A stretch of 64,000 nt of DNA from Allocoleopsis franciscana PCC 7113 (lineage in GTDB: Bacteria; Cyanobacteriota; Cyanobacteriia; Cyanobacteriales; Coleofasciculaceae): positions 1,937,623 through 2,001,622 of the forward strand of contig NC_019738.1 of the NCBI RefSeq assembly GCF_000317515.1. Direction: 5' to 3'. A model generated the notes under the pieces. The model had not been told where the DNA came from, made no database searches, and was given only the letters and a program-made list of their open reading frames with translations. The position numbers and the translations under genes were made by a program. This document shows, in pieces, positions 28,363 through 37,938 of the stretch (its first letter is position 1; every line of letters begins with the position of its first letter).

Positions 28363-29877
28363 TTGTCAGGGTTGCATTCTTATTCGTTCAGTAGAAGAGA
28401 ACAAAAGCTAAAAAAGAGCAGAGTGATGAACAGCAGAATAGTAGAAGAAGCGCAAGCAAGGCTGAAGCAGTCCATTATGACTTATCAGCAACAGCCAGTC
28501 GGGACGGTAGCAGCGAAGGAAGACGTTCTTGAAGAAGAACAACTCAACTATGGACATTGTTTTGTCCGCGATTTTGTTCCTTCAGGGCTTGCCTTTCTCA
28601 TGCAAGGAGAACGAGAAATCGTCCGGAATTTTCTTGAATTTACCTTAGCCTTGCAGTCTGATAGAGCTGGGTTAAAGAAAGGTCAAGGGTTATTTGGTGA
28701 AGTCAGACAACACTGGCAGGGGAAAGAACTTCTGATTGATGGAATTCGGTTAGGCGAAGGTTTAATGCCGGCTAGCTTTGAAGTAACATCAAATCAAGAA
28801 ATTGAACCTGATTTTGGTCAGCGAGCGATTGGCAGAGTAACACCCGTTGATTCAGGTTTGTGGTGGATTATTTTGTTACGAGCTTATGAAAAAGCTTGTC
28901 AAATAGCCAACCGACCAGAAGAAAAGATTGCTCATCGAATCGAATTCCAACGGGGCATTCAATTAATTCTGGATATTTGCTTGAGTAAGCGATTTGACAT
29001 GACCCCAACCATGTTAGTGCCAGAAGCGGCATTTATGATTGACCGTCGGATGGGAGTTTATGGACATCCGTTGGAAATTCAATCATTATTTCATCATGCT
29101 TTACGTGCTGCTCGTTATGAATTGCTCGTTAATGAAAGCTATATTGAAAAGCGGGAAGTGGATAGTCGGTTGCCGTTGCTGACGAAATACATTCGAGAAC
29201 GGTATTGGCTAGACCCCAAACGAGTGAGGGCAATCTATCGTTACCAGACGGAAGAGTTTGGGGAAACGGCTTTAAATAAGTTCAATATCTACGAGAATTC
29301 TGTTCCTGAATGGGTACTACCTTGGGTAGACAGAAAAGGAGGTTATTTAGTTGGAAATTTGGGTGTTGGCTGGATAGATTTTCGTTTTTTCTCTCAAGGT
29401 AACTTGCTCAGTATTATTTCTGGGCTAGCTACACCTGAGCAGTCAAACAGCATTATGCATTTAATTGAACTGCAATGGTCGAAGTTGATGGGAAATATGC
29501 CGATGAAGCTGTGTTATCCAGCCCTAGAGGAACGCGATTGGGAGAGTATTACGGGATGCGACCCCAAAAATGTCCCCTGGTCGTACCACAATGGTGGAAG
29601 TTGGCCTGTTTTGCTCTGGTCTTTAACAGCAGCAGCTCTAAAAACAAAGAAAATAGAGATAGCTGAACGTGCCATTCAACAGGCTGAACATTACTTATTA
29701 GATGATGAGTGGCCTGAATATTATGATGGAAAGAATGGCGATGTCATTGGCAGAGAGGCGAGACTTTATCAAACCTGGACAATTGCTGGATATTTAGTTG
29801 CCAAGTACCTGATTCAAGACCGCGATCATTTGAAATTAATTACCTTTGGTGATGAACCTGAATTAGGTGAGGAATGA
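28363..29877 (+). CDS. invA: Alkaline/neutral invertase (GH100)
   Basis: HCFVRDFVPSGLAFLMQGE...GRVTPVDSGLWWIILLRAY...YHNGGSWPVLLW are hallmark GH100 neutral invertase segments. The start may be the internal Met at 28417. Confidence 0.8.
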   Translation: MSGLHSYSFSRREQKLKKSRVMNSRIVEEAQARLKQSIMTYQQQPVGTVAAKEDVLEEEQLNYGHCFVRDFVPSGLAFLMQGEREIVRNFLEFTLALQSDRAGLKKGQGLFGEVRQHWQGKELLIDGIRLGEGLMPASFEVTSNQEIEPDFGQRAIGRVTPVDSGLWWIILLRAYEKACQIANRPEEKIAHRIEFQRGIQLILDICLSKRFDMTPTMLVPEAAFMIDRRMGVYGHPLEIQSLFHHALRAARYELLVNESYIEKREVDSRLPLLTKYIRERYWLDPKRVRAIYRYQTEEFGETALNKFNIYENSVPEWVLPWVDRKGGYLVGNLGVGWIDFRFFSQGNLLSIISGLATPEQSNSIMHLIELQWSKLMGNMPMKLCYPALEERDWESITGCDPKNVPWSYHNGGSWPVLLWSLTAAALKTKKIEIAERAIQQAEHYLLDDEWPEYYDGKNGDVIGREARLYQTWTIAGYLVAKYLIQDRDHLKLITFGDEPELGEE

Positions 29878-30169
29878 GCTAACAACTAAGTTTATCTGAA
29901 GTTATTAAAAGTAGGGTAACCCCCTACTTGTTCATTGGGGGTGGAGGTCGATATGATCTGATTTTTATCTCTTCATCCCCGGCTGTTTATTGCCTGTTTT
30001 ACTTTCTCAACTTCAGGAGACCGCAAAGTTCTGCAATTGCCTACGGCACCAGCGAAGCTGAGCGCCAAGAATTAGTAGTGTATGATGCCGTTAAACGATC
30101 AGCAAAAAGGGAATGTTTTACATTTAGTGCCACAGAGCCACCAACTCTATGCCTATAAACGATCTTTCC

Positions 30170-30952
30170 CTATTTGATCAGGCGAGCAATAAACTCATCA
30201 TAAGCCTCTTTCATCGGCAATTCTTCATCCACTTTGATCCGATGCCGTGTCACTACAACTTCTTGTTCCCGAACCGGATCGAAGCCTGATTTCTCGTAGT
30301 CTTCCCAGTACAAACCCACCCCTCGACGCTGCCAGGTAGGTAACGCATTGAAATTGATACCATGCTGAAAAAGCAACTCGTTTTTGAAGGCAATGGACTG
30401 ACCCTCCAGCGTTGCTGTCGCAGACCTTTTGCTTTCGCCTGCTTTGCGTAGCGTCCAGTAACACCAACCATTTAACGCACAACGAGTGGCATCTGCCTGC
30501 CGCCAACGAAAGTAATCCACGACTTGTGACTTGTCTACCCCTAACCAGACGCGGCTATCAAAATTGACGACACTTCCAGAGATATGGGTAAAAGTTGCAC
30601 TGGCAATACTGGCAGAAATTGAAACAATTTTTTCCAAACTGCGGTCAAACAAATCCCAGTTCGGACGAAATAACACAGAAATTTCATCGCTTTCTGTGTA
30701 GGCGTAAATTCCGTGAAGTTCTTCTAACAGCGCTGAAGCCGTTTGCACCATTACCCTGTGAAACTCCAAATCAAACGGCTTCTCAAATCGTGACTCTGTA
30801 AAGCGCGAGAACCCACGACCATCCACACGAATTACGACCCAAGCACCAGGCAAGAGGCGTAGGGAGTGAAAGTACTCCAAAGAACGCATTTTGTGTTCAA
30901 AGCGATCATTATCCATCAGCGACCTCCACTTCAGTCCACGCACGAATCTCAA
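30170..30952 (-). CDS. Thg1-like protein (tRNA-His guanylyltransferase family, bacterial TLP), a 3'-5' nucleotidyl transferase
   Basis: VVIRVDGRGFSRFTESRFEKPFDLEFHRVMVQTA...YTESDEISVLFRP matches the Thg1 catalytic core (RxDG.GF, KPFD, SDE). Confidence 0.8.
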   Translation of the reverse strand: MRFVRGLKWRSLMDNDRFEHKMRSLEYFHSLRLLPGAWVVIRVDGRGFSRFTESRFEKPFDLEFHRVMVQTASALLEELHGIYAYTESDEISVLFRPNWDLFDRSLEKIVSISASIASATFTHISGSVVNFDSRVWLGVDKSQVVDYFRWRQADATRCALNGWCYWTLRKAGESKRSATATLEGQSIAFKNELLFQHGINFNALPTWQRRGVGLYWEDYEKSGFDPVREQEVVVTRHRIKVDEELPMKEAYDEFIARLIK

Positions 30953-31382
30953 AAGCCGAGTTATCCGCCATCTTCACATAAAACAGTTGATGGAAGCCCT
31001 CCGCATAAGAAGGGGGGACTAACTTCTGATTTGTGGCGAAAATTCCTACATCGGGTACTCTGGCTTTACCCGTGCGTTGCTGGTTGCGTTCCAGACAATC
31101 ACTGACTTTGGATTGAAAGTAATATCCCAAAATCTGAGCGCCGTATAGCTTGCCTAGTTCAATGAGTGAGGCTCGTTCCTCAACTGTTGGGTTGGTATTA
31201 TCAACGACAACAGAACGACTCGCTTGTAGTGCCGCTTCAACGAGCTGTGCTTGCCTTCTAGCACGATTTTTATTGTTCCGCATCAAGTCTTTACTCACAA
31301 GTTCGTGGGTTGCCGCCCAATACTGATGGAAGAAGGTACTCTTCCCCGAAGCTTGTAGACCGATCAAGATGACTAACTCCAT
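30909..31382 (-). CDS. P-loop kinase (AAA_33 / polynucleotide-kinase-like), overlapping the Thg1-like gene by 44 nt
   Basis: Walker A ILIGLQASGKST. About 157 aa. A Walker B-like VVVDNTN follows. Confidence 0.7.
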   Translation of the reverse strand: MELVILIGLQASGKSTFFHQYWAATHELVSKDLMRNNKNRARRQAQLVEAALQASRSVVVDNTNPTVEERASLIELGKLYGAQILGYYFQSKVSDCLERNQQRTGKARVPDVGIFATNQKLVPPSYAEGFHQLFYVKMADNSAFEIRAWTEVEVADG

Positions 31383-31656
31383 AATCCGTGAGAGCTATCT
31401 ATTTGCGGGCGAGACAATTTGTCTTTTATCGACCTAATTTCGATAAAGGTTAACCGACTTGAGGATAGGATAAAACTTATTATTTGCCGTCACCTTTTTC
31501 TCTTGCTGTATAAAATGACGAATTCAAGATCATCATCAGTGGTACCAGTCTATCGAAGGAGGTTCATCCGCTCTGGCGTTGACGCGCAAACCAATCCGGT
31601 CAGAATCTTTTAAAGAAGCCCTGTTACGATTACAAATAATGGAGTAAAGGCAAGCG

Positions 31657-32745
31657 ATGAGCGCTCAATACAGCAGTCGTAGATGGCAAGAGCCAGCTAT
31701 TTGCCGCATTTTAGACGCCAATTTAGACCGAGCGAGAGAAGGCTTGCGAATTATTGAAGAGTGGTGCCGTTTTGGTCTCAATAGCGGCTCACTGGCACAA
31801 GAATGCAAGCAAATGCGCCAGGAATTAGCTAGCTGGCATACTCAAGAAATTCGGGCATCACGGGATACTCCACAAGACCCTGGCACCGATTTGACTCACC
31901 CGAAGGAAGAACAGCGCTCCAGTATTGAGCAGCTTTTGCAGGCTAATCTTTGCCGAGTGGAAGAAGCGCTGCGGGTGTTGGAAGAATACGGCAAGCTTTA
32001 TCACCCAGAGATGGGTGCAGTCTTTAAGCAGATGCGCTACCGAGTTTATACATTGGAGAGCAATTTGCTGACCTATCGGCGTCATCAACTCTTGGAGCGA
32101 TCGCATCTTTACCTGGTTACGTCTGCTTCAGAACAGCTATTTACCACGGTAGAAGCGGCGCTTCAAGGTGGACTCACCCTGGTACAGTACCGAGAAAAAA
32201 CCGCAGACGATACGGAGAGGCTCTCCTATGCCCAGAAACTATGCCAGATGTGCCATCACTACGGGGCGTTGTTTATCATGAACGACCGGGTCGATTTAGC
32301 CTTGGCGGTGGATGCGGATGGTGTGCATTTAGGGCAACAGGATATCCCGATCGCCCTAGCACGGCAACTCCTTGGCTCCCAGCGCCTCATTGGTCGCTCG
32401 ACCACCAATCCGGAGGAAATGCGACGTGCGATTGATGAAGGTGCAGACTATATCGGTGTGGGGCCGATTTATGAGACGCCGACCAAAGAAGGGAAGGCCG
32501 CAGCGGGTTTGGAGTATGTGCAATATGCCGCTAAGCAGGCCACCATACCCTGGTTTGCGATCGGAGGCATCGATCCAAGTAATATTAACGAGGTTCTAGG
32601 AGCCGGTGCCCAGCGAGTAGCCATTGTGCGTGCCATCATGCAAGCTGACCAACCGACCCTAGTCACGCAGTACTTTTTGTCTCAACTCACACGACAGCAC
32701 ACTCTCCGTAGCATCGAAGCCCGTGTCACTCAATCTCATGTCTAA
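31657..32745 (+). CDS. thiE: Thiamine-phosphate synthase with cyanobacterial-type N-terminal extension
   Basis: The C-terminal ~215 aa (LYLVTSASEQ...HLGQQD...IGRSTTN...IGVGPIYETPTK...FAIGGI) are a canonical ThiE. The N-terminal ~130 aa are an extra domain. Confidence 0.85.
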   Translation: MSAQYSSRRWQEPAICRILDANLDRAREGLRIIEEWCRFGLNSGSLAQECKQMRQELASWHTQEIRASRDTPQDPGTDLTHPKEEQRSSIEQLLQANLCRVEEALRVLEEYGKLYHPEMGAVFKQMRYRVYTLESNLLTYRRHQLLERSHLYLVTSASEQLFTTVEAALQGGLTLVQYREKTADDTERLSYAQKLCQMCHHYGALFIMNDRVDLALAVDADGVHLGQQDIPIALARQLLGSQRLIGRSTTNPEEMRRAIDEGADYIGVGPIYETPTKEGKAAAGLEYVQYAAKQATIPWFAIGGIDPSNINEVLGAGAQRVAIVRAIMQADQPTLVTQYFLSQLTRQHTLRSIEARVTQSHV

Positions 32746-32959
32746 CACAAGCGATCGCATTACTCTTCAAGTAAATGGTGAAACCCGTACCTGTGAACCC
32801 CACACTTTGCTTCCGCAACTTCTAGAACAGTTAGGCTTAAATCCCCGCCTAGTCGCCGTGGAGTATAACGGCGAGATTCTCCATCGGCAATATTGGTCCG
32901 AAACTCAAATCCAGGAGGGCGACAAGCTGGAAATTGTCACGATTGTTGGGGGTGGGTAA
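32738..32959 (+). CDS. thiS: Sulfur-carrier protein ThiS
   Basis: ITLQVNGETRTCE...EIVTIVGGG is a beta-grasp protein with a C-terminal GG. It overlaps the thiE stop. Confidence 0.8.
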   Translation: MSNTSDRITLQVNGETRTCEPHTLLPQLLEQLGLNPRLVAVEYNGEILHRQYWSETQIQEGDKLEIVTIVGGG

Positions 32960-33171
32960 GCCAGACAAACGGTAAAAGTCAAAGTGAAAGTACGGCTATT
33001 TGTGTCGGGAATCCCTCCAGAGCGGTTTCCCAGCCCAGTAAGTGATAGCGGTAAATTAGAGAAGGAGCTAGCAGAACCCCTTGCGGATTTCCCTTTTCTT
33101 GGCTCTCCACCTTAAGACTTGTTGGTCAAAAGATGTTTTGAGCTACTAGAGCCGCTAAAGTTTCACTTAGC

Positions 33172-34161
33172 TTGGAGATTAATGGTTTTCCTATGCGTAA
33201 CAAAATTTTTTCAGCGATTAAACCTTTTTTGAAATCCCTTTTTCTATTTGGGCTGATCTGTTCCCTCGTTTTGGGGAACGCCGGTAATGCCCTAGCCGCG
33301 AGAAGTGGGGGTCGGATTGGGGGTGGTTCATTCCGTGCCCCCAGTCGTACCTACTCACCTCCGAGTGGTGGTTACCGCTCACCGGGTGGCGGCTATGGTT
33401 ATGGTTATGGATATGGCGGCGGATTTGGAGGGTCGTTCTTTCTGATGCCCTTCTTATTTGGCGGTGGATTTGGCAGTATATTCGGTATCCTGATTTTTTT
33501 TGCGATCGCTAATTTCTTGGTACAAACCTTCCGCCGCATGGGTGAGGGTGGCGATAATGATGTTCCAGGCTACAGCAACCCCAAGATTTCCGTCGGTCGG
33601 GTACAAGTAGGTCTGTTAGAAGGGGCGCGTGGTCTCCAGAAAGAGTTAGATGAGTTAGCGCTGAGTGCGGATACAGGTTCTGCTCAAGGGAGAGCTCAAG
33701 TTCTGCAAGAGTCAACTTTAGCTTTACTGCGTCACCCTGAATACTGGGTTTATGGTGCGGCTCAATCTCAACAAACTGCACTGGAAGCGGCAGAAGCCAA
33801 ATTTAATCAATTTGCACTGGCGGAGCGGAGCAAGTTTACCGCAGAAACCCTCTCGAATGTCAACAATCAACTTAGAGACGGTTCTTCTCAGACTTCTTTA
33901 CCGGCTGATGGTGGACAAATCGTTGGCGCAGAGGCACCGGGTGAATACATTGTCGTTACCCTGGTGGTCGGGACTCAAGGCAAGCTGGAACTCCCAACCA
34001 TCAATAGCTCAGATGACCTGCGTCAAGCTCTGCGTCAAATGGGTAGTATTTCTAGTGAGCGGTTACTGGCTGTAGAAATTCTCTGGACACCTCAAGCCGA
34101 AGGCGATACTCTCACCTCAGATGACTTGATGGCTGAGTATCCAGACCTGAAGCTCGTTTAA
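33172..34161 (+). CDS. DUF1517 family protein with Gly/Tyr-rich N-terminal region
   Basis: Signal/TM segment, then a GGYGYGYGYGGGFGG low-complexity stretch, then a conserved DUF1517 C-terminal core (LAVEILWTPQAEGDTLTSDDL). Confidence 0.6.
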   Translation: MEINGFPMRNKIFSAIKPFLKSLFLFGLICSLVLGNAGNALAARSGGRIGGGSFRAPSRTYSPPSGGYRSPGGGYGYGYGYGGGFGGSFFLMPFLFGGGFGSIFGILIFFAIANFLVQTFRRMGEGGDNDVPGYSNPKISVGRVQVGLLEGARGLQKELDELALSADTGSAQGRAQVLQESTLALLRHPEYWVYGAAQSQQTALEAAEAKFNQFALAERSKFTAETLSNVNNQLRDGSSQTSLPADGGQIVGAEAPGEYIVVTLVVGTQGKLELPTINSSDDLRQALRQMGSISSERLLAVEILWTPQAEGDTLTSDDLMAEYPDLKLV

Positions 34162-34187
34162 GTTTTGACAATATCTCAAAAATAGTC

Positions 34188-34217
34188 GGGGTAGGTCTTG
34201 TACCTACCCTTTTTTTA
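34188..34217 (+). terminator. Rho-independent terminator
   Basis: GGGTAGGT-cttgt-ACCTACCC followed by a T7 run, immediately after the DUF1517 stop. Confidence 0.7.
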
Positions 34218-34632
34218 GCCCGGTTTTGTAACAAAACTATATAAACTCTAGTGGAAGTTTAATATTGTTTTTATCTTTTAGTCAGACAATCAGGAGGTAA
34301 ACCCTTTCCTCCAGGAGAACTCCTTAGCACCATGAGGCTTGTGCGACATGATTCAAATCATAGAAATTTTCCCCCAATGGTTGTATACCTTAACTTAGCA
34401 GTAACTCTTGTCCTCACCCCCCAGTGATTAAAAGACTTCCACAAAAAATTATTCATGCGCCATCCTAGGGGCACGGCATTGTCGTGCCCCTTAAACTTAA
34501 AACTATTATCCTGACTTAGCCTCTCGACACTTAAAGCTTTCAGCCATATCCAGCTAACGCCATAACAACAGGGAAATCCTGGCGCAGAAATTCTTTTGGA
34601 TAGATGTGATTACGGCTGACTCAATCTGAACC

Positions 34633-37179
34633 ATGGAAGACTCAATCACTCAATCTCATCAATCAGAAGCCACTCTTTCTAAGAGCGAACTGCGATGGCG
34701 AAGAATCTCTGCTCGTGTGCCGGGAGTCATTTACCAATTTTTGAGGTATCCAGATGGCACTCTGGCTTTTCCCTTTATCAGTCCGAGTTGTCGCCGGATT
34801 TTTGAAGTGGAGGCGATTGAGATTGAAGCCGATGCCAGTGTTCTCATGTCGATGATTCACCCACAGGATGAAGAAGACTTCAACCGCTCAGTGACCCATT
34901 CCATTGAAACCTTACAGCCATGGTCTTGGGAAGGCCGGTTTATCTTACCATCGGGGCAGATTAAATGGATTCAAGCGGCTTCTGCACCGGAACGACAGGC
35001 GGATGGAGAGATTCTCTGGGATGGCTTGCTCATCGACATCACGGCACGCAAACAAGCGGAAGATGAGTTGTGGCAGACGAGGAAAGAACTTGAACATAGT
35101 GTGGAGGAAAGGACAGGTGAGTTAAGCCCGGTTAATGAACCGCTACGATTCACGCAGTTTTCCATGGATTATGCTCCTGAGGCGATTTTGTGGATGGATG
35201 GCGAGGCTCACTTCTTTTACGTCAACGAAGCGGCTTGCCAAATGTTGGGCTATTCTCGTAAGGAACTGCTCTCGATGAGTGTCTATGATGTCGATCCCAA
35301 CCTTCCTGCTCAATCTTGGCCAGAATACCGAAAAAAACTAAAACCTTTGGGTTCTGTGACTTTAGAGTCTACAAACCGTGCTAAAGATGGTCGAATTTTC
35401 CCGGTTGAGATTAGCATCAATCATCTAGAATTCAAGGGTCAAGAGTATAACTGCATCTTTGTCCGCGACATCAGCGAGCGCTATAAAGCAAAGGAAGCGC
35501 TTCAACAAAGCGAACAAAAGTTTCGCAGCATGGTGGAAAATGCGAACGATATTATTTATCAGTTAACACCGGATGGCATCTTTTCTTATGTTTCCCCGAA
35601 CTGGGTTGAACTTTTAGGGCACGAAATTTCAGAGGTTGAGGGCAAAGTTTTTACTCTGTTTGTCCATCCCGATGACGTACCCGTCTGTTTGGGTACCTTA
35701 CGTCGAGCGATCGAAAAGGCTCAAAATCAATCTGGGGTTGAGTACCGAGTTAGACACAAGACTGGTACTTGGCGATGGTATATCTCCAATCTGTCACTGT
35801 TGAGAGACGCTAGCGGGCGCGTGGTGTCAGTGATTGGGATTGCTCGTGATATTAGCGATCGCAAACAAGCCGAGGACGCCTTGCGAGAGAGTGAGGAGCG
35901 ATTTCGGAATCTGGTTGAAAGCACTAACGATTTCATTTGGGAGGTTGACCGGAATGCCATATACACCTACGTTAGTCCCCAAATTAAAGATACTTTAGGT
36001 TATGAAGTGGCAGAGGTTTTAGGTAAAACACCCTTTGACTTCATGCCCTCCGAAGAAGCCTGTTGTGTAAGTGAGCTGATGAGTAATCGGGTGGCTTTGC
36101 GACAGTCAATTACCAATCTTGAGAACAGCAACTTTCACAAAGATGGACATATTGTAGTACTCGAAATGAGTGGTGTACCTTTCTTTGATCAGGCGGGTAA
36201 TTTCCAAGGGTATCGCGGTATCGATAGAGATATTACTAAGCGCAAGCAAACGGAGGAAGCCGTCCGGCAATCGAAAGTGCAGCTACAACGACAAGCCAAT
36301 CAATTAGAACAAACCTTACGCAAACTTCAGAATACGCAGGCACAGCTCATTCAAACTGAGAAAATGTCTTCTCTAGGGCAGTTGGTGGCGGGGATGGCTC
36401 ACGAAATTAATAATCCCATTAATTTCATTTATGGCAATATTAACCATGCCCATAATTATATTAGTGACTTATTCTATCTGATTAATTTGTATCAAAAAAA
36501 TCTGCCTCATTCTACCCTAGAAATTGCAGCAAAAATTGATGAGGTTGACCTAGATTTTGTAATAGAAGATTTCCCCAAACTCCTTGATTCTATGAAATTA
36601 GGGGCTGAACGGATTCGGAAAATTGTTCAGAGTTTAAGTACTTTTTCTCGTGTGGATGAAGCGGCTGTTAAAGAGGTGGATATTCATCAAGGAATTGATA
36701 GTACTTTAATTCTTTTAGAAGGTCGTTTGAAGCCACCGTTGAACTCTCAGACGATTCAGGTGATTAAAGACTATAGTAATCTGCCTTTGGTCAAGTGCTA
36801 TCCAGGAGAACTCAATCAGGTTTTCATGAATCTCCTGAATAATGCCATTGATGCGTTAGAGAAACAGAACCGTCATCAGAATTTTGCCGAAATTAGTGCT
36901 AACCCTGGCATGATCAAAATTCGCACGGAAATAAGTTCAAAATCTGCCTCCAAGCCCTGGATTGTGATTCGCATTGTAGATAATGGTTCAGGTATGACAG
37001 AAGAAGTGAGTTCCAGAGCTTTTGACCCCTTTTTCACGACAAAACCCGTCGGCGAAGGTACGGGTTTAGGGTTAGCCATTAGCTACCAAATTGTGGTTGA
37101 GCTCCACAAGGGGCGATTGTACTGTATTTCCTCTCCGGGTCAAGGAACTGAATTTGTGATTGAACTTCCTAATTTCTAA
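34633..37179 (+). CDS. Multi-PAS sensor histidine kinase
   Basis: At least 4 PAS/PAC modules (ARDISDRKQAEDAL, GIDRDITKRKQTEEA-type PAC ends). H-box AGMAHEINNPINF. ATPase GTGLGLAIS. 848 aa. Confidence 0.85.
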   Translation: MEDSITQSHQSEATLSKSELRWRRISARVPGVIYQFLRYPDGTLAFPFISPSCRRIFEVEAIEIEADASVLMSMIHPQDEEDFNRSVTHSIETLQPWSWEGRFILPSGQIKWIQAASAPERQADGEILWDGLLIDITARKQAEDELWQTRKELEHSVEERTGELSPVNEPLRFTQFSMDYAPEAILWMDGEAHFFYVNEAACQMLGYSRKELLSMSVYDVDPNLPAQSWPEYRKKLKPLGSVTLESTNRAKDGRIFPVEISINHLEFKGQEYNCIFVRDISERYKAKEALQQSEQKFRSMVENANDIIYQLTPDGIFSYVSPNWVELLGHEISEVEGKVFTLFVHPDDVPVCLGTLRRAIEKAQNQSGVEYRVRHKTGTWRWYISNLSLLRDASGRVVSVIGIARDISDRKQAEDALRESEERFRNLVESTNDFIWEVDRNAIYTYVSPQIKDTLGYEVAEVLGKTPFDFMPSEEACCVSELMSNRVALRQSITNLENSNFHKDGHIVVLEMSGVPFFDQAGNFQGYRGIDRDITKRKQTEEAVRQSKVQLQRQANQLEQTLRKLQNTQAQLIQTEKMSSLGQLVAGMAHEINNPINFIYGNINHAHNYISDLFYLINLYQKNLPHSTLEIAAKIDEVDLDFVIEDFPKLLDSMKLGAERIRKIVQSLSTFSRVDEAAVKEVDIHQGIDSTLILLEGRLKPPLNSQTIQVIKDYSNLPLVKCYPGELNQVFMNLLNNAIDALEKQNRHQNFAEISANPGMIKIRTEISSKSASKPWIVIRIVDNGSGMTEEVSSRAFDPFFTTKPVGEGTGLGLAISYQIVVELHKGRLYCISSPGQGTEFVIELPNF

Positions 37180-37902
37180 ATGGAGGATTTTATGGATATT
37201 TTAATTGTCGAGGATGAACCAGAAATTGCCAAACTCATCCAGATCGCTTTAGAAAGAGAAGGGTTTGTCTGCAACTGGTGTGCCGATGGACTAACGGCTT
37301 TACAGGCGTTTCCCCAACAACAACCCGATGTAATCATTTTAGATTTGATGCTTCCAGGTCTGGATGGTTTGGAAGTCTGTGCCAGAATTCGACAAAAGCC
37401 CGGTGTGAAAGACCCCTATATTTTGATGTTGACGGCTAAGGGTGAGGAAATCGACCGGGTGATTGGTCTATCCACAGGTGCAGATGATTATTTGGTTAAA
37501 CCTTTTAGTCCGACAGAATTAGTAGCCAGAGTTCGGGCGCTATTACGGCGCAGTCTACGTCATGGGGGACAGCATTTAATCTATCAAACCCAACATTTTG
37601 TAGTTAATGTCGATCAGCGCACTGCAACACGCCAACTGGAGGTAGGTGACACAGAAGTGCTGGACTTAACCACTTTAGAATTTAATCTGTTGGCAACATT
37701 TATTAGTCAGCCGGGTCGAGTTTGGAATCGGACTCAGCTCATTGATAAACTTTGGGGAGATAACTTTTTTGGTGATGAACGAGTCGTTGATACCCATGTA
37801 GCGCGGTTGCGAAAAAAAATTGAGCCTGACTCCGCTAATCCGACTTTTGTTAAGACGGTGATTGGCGTCGGCTACAAGTTTGAAGACTTAGCTACAACTT
37901 AA
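37180..37902 (+). CDS. OmpR-family response regulator
   Basis: Receiver ILIVEDEPEIAKLIQ...LDLMLPGLDG. Winged-helix C-terminus TVIGVGYKFE. The start abuts the kinase stop. Confidence 0.85.
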   Translation: MEDFMDILIVEDEPEIAKLIQIALEREGFVCNWCADGLTALQAFPQQQPDVIILDLMLPGLDGLEVCARIRQKPGVKDPYILMLTAKGEEIDRVIGLSTGADDYLVKPFSPTELVARVRALLRRSLRHGGQHLIYQTQHFVVNVDQRTATRQLEVGDTEVLDLTTLEFNLLATFISQPGRVWNRTQLIDKLWGDNFFGDERVVDTHVARLRKKIEPDSANPTFVKTVIGVGYKFEDLATT

Positions 37903-37938
37903 AACTTCCACATCATTTCACGGGAATTTTGTCAGCCA

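Noticed and set aside
30225-30506. Antisense ORFs within the Thg1-like gene (30225-30506, 30253-30471, 30595-30801 +)
   Set aside because: They lie within a gene whose sense frame carries the complete Thg1 motif set.
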